Part shown: positions 57,156-64,000 of the stretch, piece after piece | Numbering within the stretch: position 1 is the stretch's first letter | Layout of the letters: each line of letters opens with the position of its first letter | From: Bacteroidia bacterium | GTDB taxonomy: Bacteria > Bacteroidota > Bacteroidia > SXHM01 | Length of the DNA: 64,000 nt | NCBI GenBank assembly: GCA_050186075.1 | Contig: JBFWYU010000006.1 | Location: 77,291 to 141,290 of the forward strand | Reading direction: 5' to 3' | The notes under the pieces: model-generated | Databases searched by the model: none | What the model saw: only the letters and a program-made list of their open reading frames with translations | Told to the model about the DNA's origin: nothing | Position numbers and translations under genes: made by a program

Positions 57156-58279
57156 ATTTTGTTAATCACACGTTCATAAAGGTTCTCGTAAAGCGGAAGA
57201 ATTTTAGAAAGTTCAAATTCTTTGGCTCGTTTCAATGCGTTGTTGCGGAAGGTATCGTGTGTTTTTTTGTCTTTTAAAATGCTGATTGCATTTTTTGCCA
57301 TGTCGTCCACATCGCCCACATTGCTCAGGTAGCCCGAAACACCGTGAACATTTACTTCGGGCAAACCGCCTGTGTTGGTTGAAATAACCGGCACCGAAGC
57401 GGCCATTGCCTCTAATGCTGAAAGACCAAAGCTTTCGGTTTCGGAAGGCAGAATAAATAAATCAGCCATTGCCAGTGCCTGTTCGGTTGCTTTCATTTTT
57501 CCGAGAAACTGTATTTCATCACAAGTGCCTAACTCGCGGCACATCGCTTCTATTTTACTGCGCTCGGGACCATCGCCTACGAGCAAAAGTTTTACAGGAA
57601 TTTGTTTTCTTATTTTATCAAATACACGCACCACATCTTCCACACGTTTTACCGGGCGGAAGTTGGAGATGTGCAGCAATACTTTTTTATCACCTGTATT
57701 GTAATTGAATTTGCTCAGCGCATTTTTTGCTTTACCGTATAAATCAATGTCTACAAAATTGGGGATAACCTCAATTTCGCGTTTTACATTAAAGAACTTG
57801 TAGGTATCTTGTTTCAGACTTTCTGAAACTGAAGTTACAGCATCGCTTTCATTAATAGCAAACGTGATAACGGGTTCAAATGAAGCATCTTTTCCTACCA
57901 ATGTAATATCCGTTCCGTGCAGCGTTGTGATGTAAGGAATTTTAATTCCCTGCGAGGCCAGAATTTGTTTTGCCATATAAGCCGCAGAAGCATGGGGAAT
58001 AGCATAATGCACATGCAGCAGGTCTAACTTTTCGTGTTTAGCCACATCTACTAATTTGCTGGAAAGTACCAATTCGTAAGGTTGGTAATCAAACAGAGGA
58101 TAATCACTTACCTGTACCTCATGATAAAACAGGTTGGGTGAGAAGTTGTCGAATCGCACCGGCATATCATACGTAATGAAATGTACCTGATGACCTTTAT
58201 GAGCCAGCGCATTGCCTAATTCAGTTGCCACCACACCGCTACCACCAAAGGTGGGATAACATACTATGCCGATTTTCAT
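57152..58279 (-). CDS. bshA: GT4 glycosyltransferase, BshA-like (N-acetyl-alpha-D-glucosaminyl L-malate synthase)
   Basis: N-terminus MKIGIVCYPTFGGSGVVATELGNALAHKGHQVHFIT parallels BshA (MKIGITCYP.VGGSGVVATELG). C-terminal GT4 E-x7-E region present. Confidence 0.7.
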   Translation of the reverse strand: MKIGIVCYPTFGGSGVVATELGNALAHKGHQVHFITYDMPVRFDNFSPNLFYHEVQVSDYPLFDYQPYELVLSSKLVDVAKHEKLDLLHVHYAIPHASAAYMAKQILASQGIKIPYITTLHGTDITLVGKDASFEPVITFAINESDAVTSVSESLKQDTYKFFNVKREIEVIPNFVDIDLYGKAKNALSKFNYNTGDKKVLLHISNFRPVKRVEDVVRVFDKIRKQIPVKLLLVGDGPERSKIEAMCRELGTCDEIQFLGKMKATEQALAMADLFILPSETESFGLSALEAMAASVPVISTNTGGLPEVNVHGVSGYLSNVGDVDDMAKNAISILKDKKTHDTFRNNALKRAKEFELSKILPLYENLYERVINKI

Positions 58280-58342
58280 TTATAGATATTGTGAATATTG
58301 AAAATGATTGTAAAGATTGAAAAAAATAGTTGGTAAAAAAAG

Positions 58343-58368
58343 GAAAGCCCCGCATTTCTGCGAGGCTT
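58343..58368 (-). terminator. rho-independent terminator immediately downstream (minus strand) of the tRNA-Val 3' fragment. Probably the ancestral tRNA-Val terminator.
   Basis: Stem aaagccccgca/tgcgaggcttt (10/11 paired) followed on the minus strand by a T-run. Confidence 0.5.
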
Positions 58369-58369
58369 T

Positions 58370-58431
58370 GTGGGAGCTACTGGGTTCGAACCAGTGACCC
58401 CCTGCTTGTAAGGCAGGTGCTCTGAACCAGC
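58370..58431 (-). repeat. 62-bp direct repeat, the 3' portion of tRNA-Val including CCA: attR of the integrated islet
   Basis: gtgggagctactgggttcgaaccagtgaccccctgcttgtaaggcaggtgctctgaaccagc is identical to 62622..62683 within the intact tRNA-Val. The sequence diverges immediately 5' of the D-arm. Confidence 0.85.
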
Positions 58432-58577
58432 CAATATGCTGATTTTTATCAAGATCCTCAGAGAAGCTGCGGGGATTTGCAGATTTTTTGCAGGTGAAAG
58501 CTTGGTTTATAATGATTTAATCACAGTAAGGGGTTGACTAAAACAATTGTTGATCTTGAATATTATCTGCAAGGAAG

Positions 58578-59411
58578 TTAGTTGGTGCAGTTTAGCTCAA
58601 TTCTAAAATCATCTTCAGGTTCTGCATCATCAGAACAGTTAATGGGGGCTCCATTATCATCTAAGCAAAATTCTTTTGGACCAACCTGACCTATAACAGT
58701 ACCATCTCCATCAGTAATTTTTACAGTTGCTAAAGTTGCCCAATTACTTCCACCGTTATCTACATTTATTGCAAATGGGAAATCAACAATGTAGCTGTAA
58801 GTGTGCAAACTCTGAGCAAAATTTTGTGATACTGTTTGGCTCCATGTGGTTAAGCCTGTCATATCGACTGGTTGAGTAATACCATTATCATCAGTATAAC
58901 TTATATATAATCTACTTCCACCTGCCCCAAGTGGAATAGGATTATTAAATTCAACAGAATATGTAAAACTACAGGTTGTATACAGGTCTGAATAATTTTT
59001 TTCTAACTGATATATTTTTTCAAACTGCCCGTCATCGTAGTTCTTTAAAGTTAAACTGTTATTTGTTTGGTTTAATATATGGTATTGCCAACCAGCCAAA
59101 GTAATGTAAGGAGAAACTGCGCTCCATGGCATAACTGTGGGGTCGCAGCTATACAACCCATTTTCACAATAGAAATGCCCTCCATATGGATTACTGCTAA
59201 ATTTTACTTTACAATGAGCTGTATCTGTGGATGTTTCTACTTTAACACACTCTGCTGAAGTGTTTAAAGGGTCGGTGACGGTTTTTCTTTTAATGTACCA
59301 AGTTCCTACAAGCCCTTGCTCAAAAGAAGATGGTGTGTTACCCGAGTTGGGGTTACAACTTGTTAATAAGCCAACAATAAGTATAAGGAGAGTTACTGTT
59401 TTTGCTTTCAT
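58578..59411 (-). CDS. islet cargo: Cys-rich lipoprotein with N-terminal lipocalin-like signature
   Basis: Lipoprotein signal LLILIVGLLTSCNPNS. GTWYIK lipocalin-like motif. Ten or more Cys residues. No catalytic motif recognised. Confidence 0.5.
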   Translation of the reverse strand: MKAKTVTLLILIVGLLTSCNPNSGNTPSSFEQGLVGTWYIKRKTVTDPLNTSAECVKVETSTDTAHCKVKFSSNPYGGHFYCENGLYSCDPTVMPWSAVSPYITLAGWQYHILNQTNNSLTLKNYDDGQFEKIYQLEKNYSDLYTTCSFTYSVEFNNPIPLGAGGSRLYISYTDDNGITQPVDMTGLTTWSQTVSQNFAQSLHTYSYIVDFPFAINVDNGGSNWATLATVKITDGDGTVIGQVGPKEFCLDDNGAPINCSDDAEPEDDFRIELNCTN

Positions 59412-59574
59412 GTTAAATGTGTTTGTGAAAAACCAATCAAATGTATAATATTTTCACAAGGCATGATATTGTCTCTGTAGCTGCAGGGAATTACATAGCT
59501 GCTTGCCAGTATAGTCTGGGTTCTAAAAATTAGTGCATCACCTCTCTTTGCAGAACATAACACAATCCTTGTGC

Positions 59575-59880
59575 TTACCCTATTCTTTTTAGGACATTCT
59601 TTTTTGCAAAAGCCTGTCTTTTTATCTTCTCATTTAACTCATACTCTTGTGGGTGTTTTTCTTTGATTATCTCACTTAGTTGAGAATATGCACAATCAGA
59701 AAGCGTAATGCGCCTTCTCCCATTGTAGTAAATCCTTTTAGTAGCTTTCCATAGTGATAATGGGTCTGCTTTAATCCATACCCACACTCTCTTGTAGATT
59801 AATTCATTGTCAATAACAAGAGGGGCTACATCTTTAAGCCTCAGCTCTCTAATAATTCTGGTTCTTCTTCTGAATTTCAT
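59575..59880 (-). CDS. islet cargo: small basic protein (possible DNA-binding/excision accessory factor)
   Basis: 101 aa, Arg/Lys-rich (MKFRRRTRIIRELRLKD...KRIYYNGRRRITL...). Sits between the ATPase and lipoprotein genes. Function is inferred from position in an integrative element only. Confidence 0.35.
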   Translation of the reverse strand: MKFRRRTRIIRELRLKDVAPLVIDNELIYKRVWVWIKADPLSLWKATKRIYYNGRRRITLSDCAYSQLSEIIKEKHPQEYELNEKIKRQAFAKKNVLKRIG

Positions 59881-60044
59881 TTTACTTGGTTAATAAAGTT
59901 ATTGGGCTCCACCATGGCGTCCTGCCTAAAAAATAACAAAAATTCACTGTAAAAGCAAATTGAGTTTTGAACAATCATGTAGACTTTTAAACATTAGGTA
60001 GTAACATTAAGAGAGCACAGTTTCCCATGCTCTCCTTTCCCGCG

Positions 60045-60728
60045 CTAATGTTGGTGTTTTGATGATCCATTCAAAGAAGGATTTACAGGTGAGTTTGATG
60101 CATTACACCATTCACAAATTTCCCTGCCCAAATTCTCATTTAATACTATCTCACTCATATTATAGAAAACTTCAGTTCTGTCTTTAATCACAGAGGTAAT
60201 ATGCTTTTGGTTAAGTTCAAGCACAATGGTGAATTCATATTCAGTATCTTCACGCTGAACAGCCTTTAGCCCTACTTTTTCAGGAACCATTTTACCATTT
60301 TTATCCAGAATGATATATTCTGTCTTGGCTCTCATTGTTGCTATTACATGTATATCACTTTTAAGAATAGCCTGAATAAATGAATTATGCCGTGGAGTAA
60401 CTTTAGACCAAGCTGCAAATGAATTTCCAGGGATTTTGCTGTGAATATCCAATATTCCTCCATCACCTGACCATTCTGCTGAGAGAGTGTCAATAATCAG
60501 GCATTTATAGCCGTTCTTAACTGCAAGGTCAATAGCTTCTACATAATGCTCAGGAGAGTATGGTGCTGTTAAATTCAATACAGAGTATTCTCCTAAATGT
60601 GAATAAAGATGGGATGAACCATTCTCAGTGTCAATTACTGCAATCTTATTCCAATCTCCTGTAATTCCATAAGCTAATAGCAATGCTGAAAATGTTTTAC
60701 CTGAACCAGAAGAGCCTTGTAAGGTCAT
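60045..60728 (-). CDS. islet cargo: RecA-fold P-loop ATPase, AAA_24/Sak4-like
   Basis: Walker A GSSGSGKTFSAL, Walker B KCLIIDTLSAEW, ~230 aa with a C-terminal CEWC pair. Start placed at the internal MTLQG (the ORF extends to 60773). Confidence 0.55.
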   Translation of the reverse strand: MTLQGSSGSGKTFSALLLAYGITGDWNKIAVIDTENGSSHLYSHLGEYSVLNLTAPYSPEHYVEAIDLAVKNGYKCLIIDTLSAEWSGDGGILDIHSKIPGNSFAAWSKVTPRHNSFIQAILKSDIHVIATMRAKTEYIILDKNGKMVPEKVGLKAVQREDTEYEFTIVLELNQKHITSVIKDRTEVFYNMSEIVLNENLGREICEWCNASNSPVNPSLNGSSKHQH

Positions 60729-61237
60729 TTTAATTTTGCAGCTGTTCCTTGCTGCTTTGTGAAAGTGTTCCATAGTTTAAATTTTTAAGGTTTATAATCC
60801 TTCACAGTGAGGGGTTGGCAAAAAAAGACAGAATACAGGGGTCAACCTTTGCAAGGCTTAACACTCCTATATGCTGTCAGGCTGTTATCTTCAGTGTTTT
60901 TTATTAACGGAGAAAAGGCTCAAGAAACAGGCAAAGAATACAACATACTCCGGATGAGGTTTATAGTAACCTTGAATTAAATAAACATACAAGTGGATTT
61001 TGGTTTTTATTCCCCTTTCGGCTGATTATTAAACTCAACAATAATCTCATAGGGGGTGACCACCCTTTTATAAGTAAGTGGGGGTAGTCAGTGAGATAGT
61101 TCTATTAAACTCTAATGCTCTTAGCTATATACTGCCCGTAAATTTTAAAAGTTTAAATTTTTTGGGTAAAAATTATTTTTCACAACAACAACACACGTAG
61201 GGTATCTACACTCACTCTTGAAAAAAGTAAGGGGTTG

Positions 61238-62470
61238 TTAATCCCCTTTACTTCTTCTCATTACAGCATAGCATACATTCTCATTAAGATTATCAATATG
61301 CTCCAAGTCATATGCTTCAAGATATATCCCTGTTACCTTTGAACCATAGCTGTGCCCTAATGCTTCTCCTATCAGGTCTTTGGAGAAGCCTAGCTGCTTT
61401 GCAATATTTGCTGAAGAGTATCTGAAACAATACCCAGTCAGCTTCTCTTTGCAGCTAATGATATTACCAATCTTTTCAAGATGATTGTTGTAGACCTTAT
61501 TAGCTTGCTTAATCTCCTTTATCAGTCTTTCACCGTCTTGCAGATGCTCTTGTTTGATTTTACCTAACAGTGTGCTTTCACTTCTTCCATGGAAATAGTT
61601 GATGACTTCCATTGCTTCAGGTAAAAGCTTTATGGAATACTGCCTCTTGGTCTTGGCTCTGCTGTAAAATATTCTTCCGTGTTGTAGCTGTTCTTTACTC
61701 AGAAGAACCATGTCTGTGAAGTTTATTCCAATTAGCATGAACATCAGTTTTCCCATCATCCAACTATCATAGAGAAGTGAAGAAGTTTCAAGCTTCAGAT
61801 TGAAATACTTCTGCAATTCATCCAATGTTAATACCCTTGGCTTGGTGGCTTCTTTCCTGATAATAAAGTTTCTAAAGGGGTAATGCTCAAAAGCAACCTG
61901 TTTAGAGTTAATTGCTTTGTTATAAATTGCCCTCAGTGTCCTTAAGTATAAGCTAATGGTGTTTAACTTATTTCCTTTAGCCAATAACTCCGCTTCCAAT
62001 TCTTTGAGATAACTGAAGTCTATCTTCTCAAAAGGGATTTGCATGTTGTCAATCTTTTGCAGTGCTGTAAGTGTCTCACTGTAGATATTTGCATTCCCGT
62101 TTCTGTTACTCTTCCTCAGCAGTAAAATCTCATTCTCCCAAAACTCAATAACTGTTTTCTTCTTTGCAGAACCTGACAATATGTAGTCCTTTAGGTTCTG
62201 AACATTACCTGTAGAGGGATAGTCCTTCTCAAAAGCAATGATTTTACTCAGCAATGCAATTTCATGCTCTTTAATTTTTCTGCTGAGTTCTTCGTGAGCT
62301 GTAATATCCTTTTTCAAGGAGTGTGTTCTACTATTCCAATAATTTTCAGGAATGGAGATACCTGTGGGTATGTCTCTTGATTGCCCATTCAAGGAAATCC
62401 TGAATACTAATGGATAGGTTTTGTTTGTCTTTGCCCTTCTTGTATCAAGGGTTAATTTTAGTGATGCCAT
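61238..62470 (-). CDS. tyrosine-type site-specific integrase (Bacteroidetes phage-integrase family with N-terminal arm-binding domain)
   Basis: N-terminal arm-DBD-like MASLKLTLDTRRAKTNKTYPLVFRISLNG. C-terminal catalytic region with ...GHSYGSKVTGIYLEAYD containing the presumed nucleophilic Tyr. Adjacent to the tRNA. Confidence 0.85.
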   Translation of the reverse strand: MASLKLTLDTRRAKTNKTYPLVFRISLNGQSRDIPTGISIPENYWNSRTHSLKKDITAHEELSRKIKEHEIALLSKIIAFEKDYPSTGNVQNLKDYILSGSAKKKTVIEFWENEILLLRKSNRNGNANIYSETLTALQKIDNMQIPFEKIDFSYLKELEAELLAKGNKLNTISLYLRTLRAIYNKAINSKQVAFEHYPFRNFIIRKEATKPRVLTLDELQKYFNLKLETSSLLYDSWMMGKLMFMLIGINFTDMVLLSKEQLQHGRIFYSRAKTKRQYSIKLLPEAMEVINYFHGRSESTLLGKIKQEHLQDGERLIKEIKQANKVYNNHLEKIGNIISCKEKLTGYCFRYSSANIAKQLGFSKDLIGEALGHSYGSKVTGIYLEAYDLEHIDNLNENVCYAVMRRSKGD

Positions 62471-62619
62471 AGCTGCTGTTTTTTGCAGCTTTCACTCTTA
62501 AAAAATTTGCAGGTGGTTTGCAGGTGGATTTCTCCTTTCTCTGATAAGACACTATTTAATCTCAAAAGAGTTAAAAAGCAAGAAGCCCCACAATACTGAA
62601 TATTGCAGGGCTTTCATTG

Positions 62620-62697
62620 TGGTGGGAGCTACTGGGTTCGAACCAGTGACCCCCTGCTTGTAAGGCAGGTGCTCTGAACCAGCTGAGCTAAGCTCCC
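62620..62697 (-). tRNA. tRNA-Val: tRNA-Val (anticodon TAC), CCA encoded. Integration target of the islet.
   Basis: Minus-strand sequence GGGAGCTTAGCTCAGCTGGTTCAGAGCACCTGCCTTACAAGCAGGGGGTCACTGGTTCGAACCCAGTAGCTCCCACCA folds as a cloverleaf. Anticodon loop CTTACAA gives TAC. Confidence 0.9.
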
Positions 62698-62769
62698 TTT
62701 GTTTTTTCAAACGGGCTGCAAATATACACTTTTGTAATAACGAGCAAATATTTTTTTTAAATTCTGTTT

Positions 62770-64000
62770 TCAGACTACTTCGGCAACCACAAACGTGCTG
62801 CCCCCCACAAACACAAGGTCTTTTGATTTGGCCTCTTGCAGCGCAGCATTGTATGCGCTTTTAACGCTTTTGTAAGCACGCCCTTTAAGCCCCGATGAAA
62901 TGGCTTTATTCATCAGTTCAAGCTCACTTAACCCACGTGGAATTTGAGGGCGACAGAAATAATACACTGCATTTTTGGGAAGAATATTTAAAACGGGTTC
63001 AATCTTTTTGTCACTCACAACGCCCAATACAAAGTGTAGCTTTTTATGTTTTACGGAGGTAATCTGTGCCAATACTTCTTTAATACCGTCAATGTTATGT
63101 CCTGTATCGCAGTAGGCAAGGGGAGAGGAGGAGAGTTTTTGCCACCGTCCCGTTATTCCGGTTTGTGATACAACGTTTTTTAGCCCTTTATAAAATGCTT
63201 TGTCTGAAATATGAAAGCCCTGTTCGCGCAACAGTTTTACAGATGCGGCAACTGTTTTAAGGTTTTTGTGCTGATAAACTCCTGTCAACTCTGATTGTGC
63301 TTTTTTCAGAAAAACAGTGTTGCCTTCAACAATATTCACTTCGAGGTATTGTTTTCTTTTGCCCGTTAAATGCGATGATTTAATAGCAAGCAGTTTATCC
63401 GCGAAATAAATTTTTGCCTTTTCAGACTTTGCTTTTGTTTTAAATGTGTTTGCGGTTTCTTTATGAGTTTCACCAATAACAACAGGTATTCCCGGTTTAA
63501 TGATTCCTGCTTTCTCGGCAGCAATTTTTGGTAATGTATTTCCCAGAAAATGCTCGTGATCCCAACCGATGTTAGTAATCACCGAAAGCAGAGGATTAAC
63601 AACATTTGTTGAATCTAACCTTCCCCCCATACCCGTTTCAATGATGGCAATGTCCACCTTTTCATTTTTGAAATAATCAAAGGCAAGTCCAACGGTCATC
63701 TCAAAGAACGAGGGTTGTATTTTTTCAAAAGCAGTTTTGTGCTTTTCCACAAAAGCAACAACTTTCTTTTTTGGAATCATCTTCCCGTTTATTTTTATCC
63801 GTTCCCTGAAATCTTTAAGGTGAGGAGAAGTGTAAAGTCCTGTTTTATACCCTGCTGATTGAAGAATGGAAGCAAGAAAATGAGAAGTAGAGCCTTTGCC
63901 GTTTGTGCCAGCAATATGAATACAGCGTCCGTTCAGAAATTGTTCAGGATTGCCAAGTATGCGGCAGATTTCAATAGTGTTATTAAGATTAGCTTTGTAT
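62770..64000 (-). CDS. folC: bifunctional folylpolyglutamate synthase / dihydrofolate synthase, N-terminus beyond the window edge
   Basis: Mur-ligase/FolC motifs read on the minus strand: HIAGTNGKGST (P-loop, 63900s), DIAIIETGMGGRLDSTNVV, ITNIGWDHEHFLGNTLPKIAAEKAGIIKPG. The frame is open to position 64000. Confidence 0.85.
   Translation of the reverse strand, partial: YKANLNNTIEICRILGNPEQFLNGRCIHIAGTNGKGSTSHFLASILQSAGYKTGLYTSPHLKDFRERIKINGKMIPKKKVVAFVEKHKTAFEKIQPSFFEMTVGLAFDYFKNEKVDIAIIETGMGGRLDSTNVVNPLLSVITNIGWDHEHFLGNTLPKIAAEKAGIIKPGIPVVIGETHKETANTFKTKAKSEKAKIYFADKLLAIKSSHLTGKRKQYLEVNIVEGNTVFLKKAQSELTGVYQHKNLKTVAASVKLLREQGFHISDKAFYKGLKNVVSQTGITGRWQKLSSSPLAYCDTGHNIDGIKEVLAQITSVKHKKLHFVLGVVSDKKIEPVLNILPKNAVYYFCRPQIPRGLSELELMNKAISSGLKGRAYKSVKSAYNAALQEAKSKDLVFVGGSTFVVAEVV

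Larger units (their letters stand above)
58370..62697. mobile_element. approximately 4.3-kb integrase-bearing genomic islet integrated into the 3' end of tRNA-Val (attL = intact tRNA at 62620..62697; attR = 58370..58431)
   Basis: A tyrosine integrase gene abuts the intact tRNA-Val. An identical 62-bp tRNA 3' fragment lies 4.2 kb away. The four intervening genes are all on the minus strand: integrase, Sak4-like ATPase, small basic protein, Cys-rich lipoprotein. The ancestral tRNA terminator is retained outside attR. Confidence 0.75.

Noticed and set aside
58370-58431. Second tRNA-Val gene or tRNA pseudogene
   Set aside because: It lacks the 5' acceptor strand and D-arm. It is identical to the 3' 62 nt of the intact tRNA-Val 4.2 kb away, so it is the att duplication of the integrated islet, not an independent tRNA.
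61201-61240. Third copy of the AGGGGTTG-containing islet repeat
   Set aside because: Here aaggggttgttaatcccctt forms a perfect hairpin followed by a T-run on the minus strand directly after the integrase stop. It is the integrase terminator, and the similarity to the 40-bp repeats is limited to 8 nt.

Overview
The window looks like a chromosomal segment from a Bacteroidota (Bacteroidetes) genome. Evidence: T9SS C-terminal sorting domains on several secreted proteins, TonB-dependent receptor, TAnnTTTG -7 promoter boxes, a histone-H1-like gene, H+-pyrophosphatase, and a BshA-like glycosyltransferase. I call about 55 protein-coding genes, two intact tRNAs (Glu-TTC, Val-TAC), and one 3' tRNA-Val fragment. 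Housekeeping content: proS; a minus-strand shikimate operon aroC - DAHP synthase/chorismate mutase - aroB - aroA; hppA; folC (runs off the right edge); hldD; and an MsbA-like ABC exporter with a GT2 glycosyltransferase. Accessory content: (1) a DUF4856 - imelysin - HTTM - TonB-dependent receptor iron-associated cluster. (2) Four or more T9SS-sorted proteins: an LVIVD-repeat protein, an S8 subtilase, a BNR-repeat protein and a 323-aa unknown. (3) Two type II TA pairs, MNT/HepT and a probable ParE-like toxin with a small antitoxin. (4) Two paralogous penicillin/AHL-acylase genes about 13.5 kb apart. (5) A roughly 4.3-kb integrase-bearing islet inserted in the 3' end of tRNA-Val, flanked by 62-bp direct repeats; cargo is a Sak4-like ATPase, a small basic protein and a Cys-rich lipoprotein. 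(6) A tight 5-gene operon: Cys-rich lipoprotein - TPR lipoprotein - phosphodiester-glycosidase-like - CotH-kinase-like - HldD. This looks like an undescribed surface-glycan phospho-modification module. (7) An operon of an extreme N/Y/G/Q-rich prion-like lipoprotein followed by a FadL/PorV-like outer-membrane barrel. (8) Four intergenic tandem-repeat arrays with 21/42-bp (two helical turn) phasing, and a nested inverted-repeat element. No rRNA or CRISPR array was found. All protein calls come from motif recognition by eye; no database search was possible.
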